A DNA stretch of 55,081 nt from a bacterium (GCA_021825655.1 JAKAGU010000006.1:1-55081), one strand, 5' to 3'. Shown: positions 31,874 to 41,675, counted from the stretch's first letter. Program-made: numbers and translations. The notes: generated by a model from the sequence alone, not told the origin.

Positions 31874-32725
31874 TTATTTGGAGATGGGCTTATAAGTATC
31901 GGGCCGGCGGTTGCGGAAAAAGCCCCAGCTTTCGCGGATGGGGCGGTTGGCGCTTAGGTCAATCTTTTGGACCAAGGTTTCTTCCCGGGTCGCGGAAGCG
32001 CGCTTAACCACTTTGCCAAACGAGTTGCAGATAAAGGATTGGCCCCAGAAATTTAACTCATCCTCCCTGCCTACCCGGTTTACCGCGGCCACATACACGG
32101 AATTAGCGATAGAATGTCCGCGCATGACAGTTTCCCAGGCATCGTGCCAATCGCCTTCTTTGGGGCGGTAGCCGACAATGTTGCCGATGGCGGTAGGGTA
32201 GAATATTAATTCGGCTCCGGCCAAAGTGGCGGTGCGGGCAGCTTCGGGGAACCATTGGTCAAAGCAAATCAGAACGGCAAAGGTGGCGTACTTGGTTTTG
32301 TAAATTTTGTATCCCGTATCGCCGGCTTTAAAGTAGTTCTTTTCGTAAAAAAGCGGGTCTTGGGGTATGTGGATTTTGTGATAGGTCTCCATAAGCCTGC
32401 CGTCCGCATTGATTACCGCAGCCGAGTTATGGTATTGGCCGTTTTTGTCTTTTTCAAAAATCGGCACAATTATTACGCATTTATATTTTTTTGCAATGGC
32501 AGAAAAAGCCAGAGTGGACTCTCCGGGTATGGTTTCGGCGTATTGCTCCTTATCCGCTTTGGGGTACTGCGGGAAATACAGAGTGCGGTAAAGTTCCTGG
32601 AGGCAAATAATCTGGGCGCCTTTCTTGGCTGCTTGCTCTACCAGCGTTAGGGTTTTTTTTAGGTTGGCATTCTGGTTGCCGGAAACCTTGGTTTGCACCA
32701 AACCGATGGTTGTGAATTTTGGCAT
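31874..32725 (-). CDS. aguB: Carbon-nitrogen hydrolase, N-carbamoylputrescine amidase-like
   Basis: Nitrilase triad CLQEL / YHKIHIP / ICFDQWFPE; YPTAIG; abuts aguA with no gap. Confidence 0.88.
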   Translation of the reverse strand: MPKFTTIGLVQTKVSGNQNANLKKTLTLVEQAAKKGAQIICLQELYRTLYFPQYPKADKEQYAETIPGESTLAFSAIAKKYKCVIIVPIFEKDKNGQYHNSAAVINADGRLMETYHKIHIPQDPLFYEKNYFKAGDTGYKIYKTKYATFAVLICFDQWFPEAARTATLAGAELIFYPTAIGNIVGYRPKEGDWHDAWETVMRGHSIANSVYVAAVNRVGREDELNFWGQSFICNSFGKVVKRASATREETLVQKIDLSANRPIRESWGFFRNRRPDTYKPISK

Positions 32726-32817
32726 CTTGGGCTGAAAAATAATAATTTGGCTGATTAATTTTAACCTTTTTACAGGGAAAAGACAACTAAAAACCCGCGC
32801 TTAGCGCGGGTGAAAAG

Positions 32818-33198
32818 TTATTTTTCCGGTTTGAGCAGCAGGCAGGCGGAGTTTATGCAGTAGCGCTTGCCCGTGGCGGTGGGTCCGTCGTCAAACAGGT
32901 GGCCCAGGTGTGAGCCGCAATTTTTGCAGACCACCTCCGTGCGGACCATGCCATGGGAGGCATCTTCCTTGAGCTCAATATGTTCCAGGTTCGCCGGCTC
33001 ATCAAAGCTGGGCCAACCAGTGCCGGAGTCAAACTTGGCTTCAGAGGAAAACAGGACTTGCCCACAGGCCGCACAGGTATATATGCCTTTGTCTTTGGTG
33101 TGCACATACTCTCCCGAGAAAGGCGCTTCCGTGCCTTTCTCCCGCAAGATGTGGTACTGCTCGGGGGTGAGTTTCTTTTTTAGGTCTTCTTCATCCAT
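32818..33198 (-). CDS. msrB: Peptide-methionine (R)-S-oxide reductase
   Basis: [46 protein letters not shown]. Confidence 0.97.
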   Translation of the reverse strand: MDEEDLKKKLTPEQYHILREKGTEAPFSGEYVHTKDKGIYTCAACGQVLFSSEAKFDSGTGWPSFDEPANLEHIELKEDASHGMVRTEVVCKNCGSHLGHLFDDGPTATGKRYCINSACLLLKPEK

Positions 33199-33268
33199 AT
33201 ATTATAGTATAGCAGAAAATGGAATGGCGGGGCGGTTCAAACAAGAACCGTCCCGCCATAAGTACGCT

Positions 33269-33559
33269 TTACAGCCAACCGCGTTCGCGGTCTTGTTGAC
33301 GTTTCCATTCCGCCCCGCTTAGATGGGGCTTGTACTCTTTGGGGTCGGCGTGGACTGGTTCCACCTTTACGCTGAACGTCCAGCAGATAGCCCCTGCCAG
33401 GGCCCAGAACAGGAAACCGATGTCGATAACGCCATTGATTTGGTTCGGCTTAATCAGCCCGAACCGGAACAGAACCGCCACAAAGACTCCGATCATAACC
33501 CCGATTGCCAGGGTGACGAAGACCCACGTGGGTCCTTTGATGCTGAATTGCGACTGCAT
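33269..33559 (-). CDS. Orphan two-TM membrane protein, 96 aa
   Basis: AGGAGG SD 6 nt upstream; two hydrophobic segments; hairpin at 33221-33258 downstream. Confidence 0.6.
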   Translation of the reverse strand: MQSQFSIKGPTWVFVTLAIGVMIGVFVAVLFRFGLIKPNQINGVIDIGFLFWALAGAICWTFSVKVEPVHADPKEYKPHLSGAEWKRQQDRERGWL

Positions 33560-33708
33560 CCTTTGCCTCCTCTGATGGTGATTTTCCGCAAATTGGGTGG
33601 GTTGCGGATAAGGAAAAGTTTAGCTGAAAGCCGGGCAATAGGTCAAGACAAGCAGGGTTGATTTATTCCTGGTTTATGGTAAAATATGAAAAGTGTTTAA
33701 AAGAATAT

Positions 33709-33783
33709 TCGGGAGTAGCTCAGCGGTAGAGCAACCGGCTGTTAACCGGTGGGTCCTGGGTTCGAATCCCAGCTCCCGAGCCA
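33709..33783 (+). tRNA. tRNA-Asn (GTT)
   Basis: TCGGGAG-TA-GCTCAGCGGTAGAGC-A-ACCGG-CTGTTAA-CCGGT...CTGGG-TTCGAAT-CCCAG-CTCCCGA-G-CCA. Confidence 0.97.
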
Positions 33784-34069
33784 CAAGGGACGATTTTGGT
33801 CGAGAGGCTAGAATCGTCTTTTGTTTATGTTGGAAATCTAGTTCTGAAATATTAATTAATAGAATTATTGCTTTCCTGATATTGGGGCAGGAACGATCTT
33901 GGAAAAAGCTCAAAATGTTATTAAATCACTTTCGGTTAATGCCTCCGAACTTACCCATTAACTCGAGCCGTAAAAAACATCAGCGCAAGCCGGTGTTTTT
34001 TGTTATAATTATATAAGTTATGAAAATCTATCCACTTGTGTTTTCTATTAACTGATTTATTAGAATTTT

Positions 34070-34378
34070 ATGGTGAAAAAAATTTCCTCCGGGACTGTGC
34101 ATAAATTGCCACCGGACTTAAAAAAAGCTCTTGTTGCTGACCAAAAAGCTTTGGCTTTGTGGGAAGGTATTACTCCTTTGGCCCGCAACGAGTGGATTTG
34201 CTGGACAACTTTTGTTAAAAAAGAAGAAACACGGAAAGAACATGTAGGTAGAGTGGTTTCGGAACTTAAGGAAGGCATGCGCCGGCCGTGTTGTTGGCTG
34301 GGGTGTATTCATCGCAAAGATAAGGCTGTAAGCGCTTCGGTGCGTTGGGTTCTTAGCAAGCGGTCTAAAAAACAATAA
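34070..34378 (+). CDS. YdeI/OmpD-associated family protein
   Basis: LPPDLKKAL....ALWEGITPLARNEWICW....KKEETR...RRPCCW.GC.HR. Confidence 0.8.
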   Translation: MVKKISSGTVHKLPPDLKKALVADQKALALWEGITPLARNEWICWTTFVKKEETRKEHVGRVVSELKEGMRRPCCWLGCIHRKDKAVSASVRWVLSKRSKKQ

Positions 34379-34577
34379 TGCTGAGTAAGTGGCCCAGTTT
34401 CATTAGAAAGCGATCAATTATCCAAGGGCTTGATTTAAATAATAGGTTCTAATTTTTTCCACCGCGTAGAGTCATAAAAAAACGCCTAAATTGATTGGGC
34501 GTTTTTTTGTACCCAGATGGACTTTGTAACTTTTTTAGCCAACAGGAATAGTTACTGAAAAGGTGTATAATTAATTT

Positions 34578-35672
34578 ATGGATAACAATTCAGAAAAAAT
34601 TAAAATTGAAGATTTGGGATATAATTTGTTCTTTGAATCAAACAGAAACCAACTAAAGCTGGGTGGTTTTTCGGTTGCCCGGGTTATCGCTGAATTCAAA
34701 GAGTCGTACAAGGTTAAAAATGCAGACGGAGAATATCTGGCGAAAATCACCGGTAAGCAAATGTTTGAAGCTTCGGGGAGAGAAGATTATCCAGCCGTCG
34801 GAGACTGGGTGGCGATTACCGAACTCGATAAAGACAGTGCCGTAATTCGCGGCGTATTGCCCAGACTAACCATTATAAAAAGAAAATCAGGAAGCAAAAC
34901 CCAAATTATCGCCACAAATATAGACACCGCTTTTATAGTTGAATCAGTAGACCGTGACTATAACCTGAACCGCTTTGAGAGGTATTTTGCTATAGCGAAA
35001 AGCGGCGGAGTAAAACCAGCGATTATTTTAAATAAGATTGATATGCTTTCCCAGCAAGAATTGGAAGGGAAATTGGCCCAGTTAAGAAATCGGTTCTCCG
35101 ATATTGATATCGTTTCAACCAGCATTAAAACCGATGAAGGGCTTAATGAGTTAAAGAGCTACCTCGTCAAAGGCAAAACGTATTGTTTTCTTGGTTCGTC
35201 CGGAGTTGGCAAGTCATCATTAATCAATAAATTACTTGGCGAAGGCCTAATAAAAACCGGTAAGATTAGTTCTTATTCAGGCAGAGGTAAGCACGTTACC
35301 ACAGGCAGGCAAATGTATTTTTTGGAAAATGGCGGGATTGTAATTGATAATCCAGGCATGCGCGAAGTCGGGATGGCTGATTCCAGCCAAGGAGTTGATA
35401 TTTTCTTTGACGAAATTACTGCCTTAGCCCAAAGATGTAAATTTACTGACTGCACCCACGCTCACGAACCAGGCTGCGCCGTTTTGCAGGCTGTAAAATC
35501 GGGCAGTCTGGACGGAGAGAAGCATTCCAATTATCTCAATCTCAAAAAGGAAGCCGATTTCTATGAGATGAGCGAGGTTGAAAAAAGGGAAAAAGACCGC
35601 CGGTTCGGGAAGTTTATAAAGAAGGCAAAGAAAGAGCTAAAAGATTCCGGGCATAAAAATTTCAAATACTAA
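34578..35672 (+). CDS. rsgA: Ribosome small subunit-dependent GTPase A
   Basis: PAVGDWV, ILNKID, GSSGVGKSSLIN, GKHVTT, IDNPGMR, Zn site CKFTDCTHAHEPGC. Confidence 0.95.
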   Translation: MDNNSEKIKIEDLGYNLFFESNRNQLKLGGFSVARVIAEFKESYKVKNADGEYLAKITGKQMFEASGREDYPAVGDWVAITELDKDSAVIRGVLPRLTIIKRKSGSKTQIIATNIDTAFIVESVDRDYNLNRFERYFAIAKSGGVKPAIILNKIDMLSQQELEGKLAQLRNRFSDIDIVSTSIKTDEGLNELKSYLVKGKTYCFLGSSGVGKSSLINKLLGEGLIKTGKISSYSGRGKHVTTGRQMYFLENGGIVIDNPGMREVGMADSSQGVDIFFDEITALAQRCKFTDCTHAHEPGCAVLQAVKSGSLDGEKHSNYLNLKKEADFYEMSEVEKREKDRRFGKFIKKAKKELKDSGHKNFKY

Positions 35673-35939
35673 GCTAAATTTTTGCCATCTACTTCATTTT
35701 TTATTGGTGTATACTTGCCTCAGTTATTCATTATCTCATGGGTAGGTCAAAGCATTTTTTGCGGAGTTGAATAATAGAAGTATTCCAATAATGTTTTCTA
35801 ATACGGTCAACTGTTTTGGACCAACTAAAATCCCCCAAAAATTCGGGGGATTTTAGTTGGTATGGCAGATGACGTCGGAATCTGAAGAGCGTATAATAAA
35901 AATACGCAAAGGTCGTTAATAAAAGCCTAACTAAAAAAT

Positions 35940-36095
35940 ATGGTAAAAGGAAATTTTATTGGTGCAGCGATTGTGGCAATAATCTACACTGTTTATATTA
36001 TCTGGAAACCCCTTCCAACACGCTTACAAACAGCCCTAGTATTAGTGGTTTTGAACGCGCTGACTATTGTTTTGATGTCTTTTGCTTTCAAATAA
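35940..36095 (+). CDS. Small two-TM membrane protein, 51 aa (below track cutoff)
   Basis: Manual translation MVKGNFIGAAIVAIIYTVYIIWKPLPTRLQTALVLVVLNALTIVLMSFAFK*. Confidence 0.45.
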   Translation: MVKGNFIGAAIVAIIYTVYIIWKPLPTRLQTALVLVVLNALTIVLMSFAFK

Positions 36096-36311
36096 TTTAG
36101 TTTAATCTAATGCCGTGCTGCTGGACCGGCTGCCCGCATCGCTGAAAAATAGACCCTTGCCAATCGGAGCCACAAAAAACACCCTTAATTAAAAGAGTGT
36201 TTTTGTTGTATGCGGATTAAGGTGCGGACCCTGGCTAATGGCAGTTAACGGAATTAGGTGGAATATGTTAAGATTTATGTAATATTTTTAATTTAGGAAA
36301 GATTAATTTTT

Positions 36312-36794
36312 ATGCTCAGAACTAAAAAAATATTAGTTGTATTTGCCCTAAGCGCCTTACTGGCAGCAGGCTGCAATAAGACTGCCGTTAGCAGTCAAAG
36401 CAACGCCGTGCCCCAATCTCAGGGCGGCAGCCAAAAGTTGGTGGATCAGCCTTATTACAAGTATGCGTATCTGATTTCCGGCGGGACATTAAGCCCGGAA
36501 GCGCAAAAAGCTTTAGCCGGCTTTTCTTTAGACAAAAAAACTTTGACAGACGGCAACGTGCAGATTACCTTAACTGCACAAAAAGCCGAATACCATAACC
36601 AGCAATACGTTTTGCATTCCGGCGAACAACTCTATTTTATAGAAAAATTTCTAGCTGATGACAAAAGTGAAACCAACGAGGAGAAGAATTTGAAGGATGA
36701 TTCTGCCGTGGTTGTAGACAGCCAGGGGAATATTGTTGGGCAGCCCACGGTTTGGACACCAACCGCAACTTCAAGCCAAGCCGGTAATCCGTAA
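36312..36794 (+). CDS. Putative lipoprotein
   Basis: Basic N-region, hydrophobic core, lipobox LAAG|C. Confidence 0.7.
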   Translation: MLRTKKILVVFALSALLAAGCNKTAVSSQSNAVPQSQGGSQKLVDQPYYKYAYLISGGTLSPEAQKALAGFSLDKKTLTDGNVQITLTAQKAEYHNQQYVLHSGEQLYFIEKFLADDKSETNEEKNLKDDSAVVVDSQGNIVGQPTVWTPTATSSQAGNP

Positions 36795-36884
36795 AGGCTG
36801 ATTTAGGGTCCGACAGCGTAGCTGTTTTTTGTAAGGAAGTGAAAGAGAGGGGTGGAAGGTTTTCGTATTCAAAACCAGCCGGAT

Positions 36885-38351
36885 TTACAGAGCGCTTAGG
36901 TCAATGGTTTGGTCCACGCGGAATTGGGACACAAAGTCCGGTATGTGGGACACGGTCAGGCTGGTGCCACTGTAAGCATCCAGAGCTTTGGCAATAATTG
37001 GCAGATGCCTGAAATTGATGTGGTTGGTGGGCTCGTCTAAAATAAGCAGCCCGGGCTTCATGAGCATTAGCCGGCAAAAAGACAGCAGGCCTTTCTGGCC
37101 TTCTGACAGCGCGGCAATGGGCTGGTCCAAAAGCTTGCCGTCCAGCAAAAAACCGGCCGCCGCAGCCCGCAAAAGATGTTCATCGTATTCCGCCATGGCT
37201 TCCTTTAATGCGTCGAAGGCTTTTTGTTGAAAATCGAAGTTGGAAAAGTCTTGTTTGTAATAGCCAATTTTAGTATCTTTGGCCAGGATAAAACCTTCCC
37301 CCCGGCCAGAGGCAATTTTTTCCAATAGGGTAGATTTGCCAATGCCGTTCGGCCCTGCAATTACCACGTGGGTATTTTTCCGTAAAACCAGATCAACTGT
37401 CTTGCTGACTATGCCGTGGGGACGGATGGCGGAGATGGAAGAAAATTCCAAAACTTTGCCGTCAAAAAACGGGCCAAAGTCCTGGGCGGGAATGGTAAAC
37501 TGCCGGATGGTTTTGTCCTCCTGGCGCACGGACACAATTGCGTTTTCGGCTTCTTCCGCCGCTTCCCGCATCCTTTTGGCCACGGCTCGAAGTTTGCCGC
37601 CTTTGTGCGCAAAGACTTCGGCCTGCGCCAGTTTTTCCTTTATCTGTGTTTGGGCGCGTGCGTTCTGTAAGTTTTCGCGCTCAATCCGGTTTTTGATTTC
37701 CTCCACCACGTCAAAATAGTTGCCGCTGTAGGCCTCGACTTTTTTGGTGAAGACATCCAAATACAGCACGCCATCCGAAAAAGCGTTCAAAAAATCCGCA
37801 TCGTGGGAAATGACCAGTACGGTTTTTTCATACATCATCAAAAATCCGGTTAGGTGCTCAATTCCCGCTTGGTCCAGGTTGTTAGTGGGTTCGTCCAACA
37901 GCAAAATATCGGGGCTCTGGATAAGCGCGTGGGCGAGCAGAAGCCTGGCTTGCTGGCCGCCCGATAGTTCTCCAACTTTTCGGTCTAAAGGCAGATCGAC
38001 ATTAACTACCCCGAATACCTCTTTTATCAGTTTGTCCAAATTGTATTTCTTTTCTGCAAAAGCCGTGGCGAAGTAATCCCGCACGGATAATTCAGCCAGG
38101 TCTTTGGGCATAACCTGTCTGGCAATGGCTACGCTGGCATCTTTGGGAGTGCGGAAAATGTTTCCTTCCTGGGGGATAATCTCACCGGTTATCATTTTAA
38201 ACAGGGTGGATTTTCCTGCGCCGTTTTGCCCCATGAGGGTTATCCGGCTGCCGGTGCGTACGCTGAAATTAACCTCGTCTAAAACAGGTTTGTTGTGGCT
38301 GAACTCAAAACTTACGTCGGAGAACCGTAAAATTACGCTGTCGTTGGCCAT
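36885..38351 (-). CDS. ABC-F family ATPase
   Basis: Two NBDs (GQNGAGKS/LSGGQQ/LLLDEPT; GPNGIGKS/LSEGQK/ILDEPT) joined by a helical linker; no TM segments. Confidence 0.92.
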   Translation of the reverse strand: MANDSVILRFSDVSFEFSHNKPVLDEVNFSVRTGSRITLMGQNGAGKSTLFKMITGEIIPQEGNIFRTPKDASVAIARQVMPKDLAELSVRDYFATAFAEKKYNLDKLIKEVFGVVNVDLPLDRKVGELSGGQQARLLLAHALIQSPDILLLDEPTNNLDQAGIEHLTGFLMMYEKTVLVISHDADFLNAFSDGVLYLDVFTKKVEAYSGNYFDVVEEIKNRIERENLQNARAQTQIKEKLAQAEVFAHKGGKLRAVAKRMREAAEEAENAIVSVRQEDKTIRQFTIPAQDFGPFFDGKVLEFSSISAIRPHGIVSKTVDLVLRKNTHVVIAGPNGIGKSTLLEKIASGRGEGFILAKDTKIGYYKQDFSNFDFQQKAFDALKEAMAEYDEHLLRAAAAGFLLDGKLLDQPIAALSEGQKGLLSFCRLMLMKPGLLILDEPTNHINFRHLPIIAKALDAYSGTSLTVSHIPDFVSQFRVDQTIDLSAL

Positions 38352-38560
38352 AGAATTTATAAAAAATCACCCCGCAATCGAGGTAAATTTATGGTATAAT
38401 TATATCAAGTTTCAACATTCGGGTCAATGTTATGGCTCCAAAACTATACAGGTTTACATGTATAAACTGAAGTAAACATTTGTGGAACCCGTAAGTCCGT
38501 CCCGTGTGATTTTTTAGCTTAGCTTCTATATTAAAATAATAAAAAAATTAACATAGAAAT

Positions 38561-38977
38561 ATGCACAAAAATACTTTGCGAGAAATATCAAAATTTTTAG
38601 CTGGTCTGGTAACAGGGGATTTTTTGGCTGGCTGGTGGCTCTATGCCAAGGGTGCGATACCAGTTTCCATACTAGGCCTCCAATTCTCTAGCCGGGGGAT
38701 TGTTCTGGGAATGGTCTTTGATGCCGTCTTGGTTAGCTTCTTGGTCCACTACGGGTGGCGAATAAAAGAGAACGGCTACAGCTCAGGAGAACGGCTGTTC
38801 CACCGTGCGGCTGGTACGGTTTTTGCTATTGTGGCTCTAGCGCACCTTGTGCGGCTGGTTTTTAACCTGCCTGTGAATCTTCTATCGTGGAATACGCCTT
38901 ATTGGGTTTCTGGGATTGCGACCGTGGTTGCAGCCTTTCTGTCGTACACAAGCTTCCATTTGACCCGCAAGAAATAA
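38561..38977 (+). CDS. Hypothetical four-TM membrane protein
   Basis: Four hydrophobic segments; FAIVALAHLVRL motif. Confidence 0.7.
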   Translation: MHKNTLREISKFLAGLVTGDFLAGWWLYAKGAIPVSILGLQFSSRGIVLGMVFDAVLVSFLVHYGWRIKENGYSSGERLFHRAAGTVFAIVALAHLVRLVFNLPVNLLSWNTPYWVSGIATVVAAFLSYTSFHLTRKK

Positions 38978-39139
38978 AAAAAGTTACAATTTTAAAAAGC
39001 CGTCTCGTCGTCGGCTTTTTATTTTTTTAAAGATACCGAATATTTAAAATTAATCGGCAAAATAAGGTGTTTTTATATACTACACCTTACTTGATTTCGA
39101 TATTTACATTAACAACAAAGAGGTGATCTTGTCGCGCGT

Positions 39140-39185
39140 TTGACAAAACAGTCTGGCATTGATATTATTCAACCATATGGTTGAA
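39140..39185 (+). promoter_or_regulatory. Leaderless promoter with palindromic operator
   Basis: TTGACA (39140-45), 17 nt, TGn-TATTAT (39163-68); perfect palindrome TTCAACCATATGGTTGAA (39168-85) spanning ATG 39177. Confidence 0.7.
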
Positions 39186-39521
39186 CGTACTTTGGAACTG
39201 AATAATATTTTTGGTTCTCTGGCAGACTCCACCCGCCGCGATATCTTAAGGCGCATAGCCCAAAAAGAATTGACAGTCGGCCAGATTGCCAAGCCGTACA
39301 GGCTGACCCTTGCGGCCATTTCCAAACATTTGAAAGTGCTGGAAAAGGCCCGGCTGATTGTGAAGCACAGGCGCGGAAAAGAACAGCTGGTACAGCTGGC
39401 GCCACTGGCATTAAAGGACGCCGCCTTGTATTTGCAGCATTACGAAGCGGTTTGGAACCAGCGCTTTGATTCTTTGGATAAATATTTAAAAACTATTAAC
39501 CATAAAAATTATGGGAAATAA
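39177..39521 (+). CDS. ArsR-family regulator (SRPBCC-associated type)
   Basis: IFGSLADSTRRDIL...LTVGQIA.PY.LTLAAISKHLKVLEKARLI; ATG 39177 preferred. Confidence 0.9.
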   Translation: MVERTLELNNIFGSLADSTRRDILRRIAQKELTVGQIAKPYRLTLAAISKHLKVLEKARLIVKHRRGKEQLVQLAPLALKDAALYLQHYEAVWNQRFDSLDKYLKTINHKNYGK

Positions 39522-40011
39522 TCAAGGGTTAGTTATAGAGCGCCTGTTTGACGCGCCGCGCGAGCTGGTGTGGAAGGCTTGGAGCGATCCGGAGATGATG
39601 ATGGCCTGGTGGGGGCCGAAATATTTCACTTCGCCCACAGTTAAGATTGATTTTAAGGTTGGGGGCAAATATCTGCTCTGCATGCATGGAGCGCCCGGGC
39701 CGGGCATGCCGGAGCAAGACTTTTGGAGTACAGGCGTTTATCAGGAGATAGTGCCTCTGGAAAAGATTGTAATAAAGGACAGTTTTGCCGATGCGGAGGG
39801 GAATGTGGTCCCGGCATCGTACTATGGCATGCCCGGGAGCTTTCCGTTGGAAGCAACCATTTCTATTACTTTCGAAGATGCGGGCCAAGGCAAGACCAAG
39901 ATGACTTTGTACTATCCCTCCGTTGCCGGTATTGAAGGCCAGATGCTGGACAATATGACCCAGGGCTGGAACCAGAGTTTTGACAAGCTGGTTGAAAATT
40001 TAAAAGAATAA
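39511..40011 (+). CDS. SRPBCC/AHSA1-like ligand-binding protein
   Basis: IERLFDAPRELVWKAWSDP..WWGP, DFKVGG, G.YQEIVP.EKIV, GWNQSFDKL. Confidence 0.9.
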   Translation: MGNNQGLVIERLFDAPRELVWKAWSDPEMMMAWWGPKYFTSPTVKIDFKVGGKYLLCMHGAPGPGMPEQDFWSTGVYQEIVPLEKIVIKDSFADAEGNVVPASYYGMPGSFPLEATISITFEDAGQGKTKMTLYYPSVAGIEGQMLDNMTQGWNQSFDKLVENLKE

Positions 40012-40029
40012 TTCATTCTATTAAAGATT

Positions 40030-40449
40030 ATGTTACCAATCAATTTGATGGCAGTAGCCGTGTCCGCAATTGTGGCTTTTGTTCTCGGATTTTTATTCCA
40101 TGGGCCCTTGCTCGGCAAGCTGTGGATGCGCCTGGCGAATATCCACCCGACTGGGAATGAAAAATTTGTCGACATGGTCCCGCAAATGCTGTGGAATCTT
40201 TTGTCCAACTTTGTTACGGCATATGTTCTGGCGGTGGTTTATTTATTTGCATCCGCCTCTCCTTTTTTGGGCGGAAGCGGGGCGTGGAGAGGAGTAGTTT
40301 GTGCCTTATGGGTTTGGCTGGGTTTTTTGGTGACTTCCACTTCCATCGAGGTTATCTGGATGGGACGGAATTATAAATTATGGCTTTTTGAGTGTGCCAG
40401 TTCCTTGGTGGTGATGGCAGCTATGGGGGCAATTATCGCCAGCTGGTAA
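40030..40449 (+). CDS. DUF1761-like membrane protein
   Basis: INLMAVAVSAIVAFVLGFLFHGPLLGKLW; four TM segments. Confidence 0.7.
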   Translation: MLPINLMAVAVSAIVAFVLGFLFHGPLLGKLWMRLANIHPTGNEKFVDMVPQMLWNLLSNFVTAYVLAVVYLFASASPFLGGSGAWRGVVCALWVWLGFLVTSTSIEVIWMGRNYKLWLFECASSLVVMAAMGAIIASW

Positions 40450-40507
40450 TTTAATTGCTGTGGTTGGCTTGCAGAAAAAACCCAACTCATTAAACGTACT
40501 AAAATTT

Positions 40508-41086
40508 ATGGCGAAAATCTATTTATTCATGATGGTAAGCACGGATGGGTACTTTGAAGGCAAAAATCATGACTTGTCCTGGCATAATGTGGACAACGAG
40601 TTTAATGAGTTTGCGGTCCAGCAAACGGGGGAAACCGGCACTCTGCTGTTTGGCAGGAAAACCTACGAGCTTATGTCCGGTTTTTGGCCAACCGAGCACG
40701 CCAGACAAACGGATCCAGTTGTTGCCGAGCAAATGAACACCACGCCAAAAATTGTGTTCAGTAAAACCTTGGCCTCCCTAAAAGAAATTCCTCATTGGGA
40801 AAACGCCAGGCTGGTAAAAGAGCTGGTGAAAGAAGACCTGCAGCAGCTAAAAACAGGGGCGTCAAAAGACATAGCGATTTTCGGCAGCAACGCTCTTTGT
40901 GTCAGTATGATGGAGCTGGGGTTGGTGGATGAGTTCAGGCTTATGGTTAATCCTGTGGCATTGGGGGAGGGTAGCCCCTTGTTTGGCGGATTGCACAATA
41001 GGTTTCAGTTGGAGCTTTTTAATACCCGGACTTTCAAGTCCGGAAATGTGCTTTTGTATTACCGGCCTGCAGGCAAGCCGGCTTAG
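40508..41086 (+). CDS. Dihydrofolate reductase / RibD C-terminal domain family protein
   Basis: MMVSTDGYF, LLFGRKTYE, PKIVFSKTL, IFGS, LVDEFRLMVNPVALGEG.PLF. Confidence 0.88.
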   Translation: MAKIYLFMMVSTDGYFEGKNHDLSWHNVDNEFNEFAVQQTGETGTLLFGRKTYELMSGFWPTEHARQTDPVVAEQMNTTPKIVFSKTLASLKEIPHWENARLVKELVKEDLQQLKTGASKDIAIFGSNALCVSMMELGLVDEFRLMVNPVALGEGSPLFGGLHNRFQLELFNTRTFKSGNVLLYYRPAGKPA

Positions 41087-41238
41087 CGGTAGTTTAAGAG
41101 TAAACAACAAAAGCCCCAGAGTGATTTTGGGGTTTTTGTTATGCTGCAAAACCCTTGACAGCCGGTAAAAAATAGATTATACTTAGAAAATCTAACCTTT
41201 CGAACATCTAAGTACTAAGCGTCAAAAAAGCAGGTATT

Positions 41239-41658
41239 ATGAAACAAGAAAATACCATGGGCGAGATAGTCCATTTCTTCTTCGGGGCTTTCAGGGCGAT
41301 TAAATCCCAAATGGGTTTTGCCAGCCCAATTTTCCAGCTGCCCCTCGCCCAGATGGAGACTTTGCGGTTTATCGGCGAAAAGGAAAAAGTGCAAATGAAG
41401 GAAGTGGCCGATTATTTGGCCATTACCCCGCCCTCGGCAACGGTGATGGTAAATATTTTGGTGGATTTAGGCTACGTAGAGAGGCAGGTCGGCCGCCAGG
41501 ACCGCCGGGCGGTGCGTTTGTCGCTGACAAAAAAGGGCAGGCAGATTCTGGAAAAAGCTGTGATGCAGCGTTGTCAAAGGATGAAAAAATTGCTTAGCAA
41601 ACTGAATCAAAGAGAGCAGGTGGAATTGTTGAGCTTACTAAAAAAAATGAGCAAATAA
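41239..41658 (+). CDS. MarR-family regulator
   Basis: MKEVADYLAITPPSAT.MVN.LV..GYVER..G.QDRRAV.L.LT.KG. Confidence 0.9.
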   Translation: MKQENTMGEIVHFFFGAFRAIKSQMGFASPIFQLPLAQMETLRFIGEKEKVQMKEVADYLAITPPSATVMVNILVDLGYVERQVGRQDRRAVRLSLTKKGRQILEKAVMQRCQRMKKLLSKLNQREQVELLSLLKKMSK

Positions 41659-41675
41659 TTAACTATTTATATAGA

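Noticed and set aside
33693-34016. 107-aa ORF, or a recombinase remnant after tRNA-Asn
   Set aside because: The ORF runs through the tRNA; only a short VGNLVLK word faintly recalls recombinase C-termini, which is insufficient
35860-35935. Fluoride or preQ1 riboswitch upstream of the microprotein
   Set aside because: Two small hairpins, but the consensus aptamer nucleotides are not matched
38400-38520. Possible small RNA after a TGGTATAAT promoter
   Set aside because: Only short AT-rich hairpins; equally explained as the 5' leader of 38561
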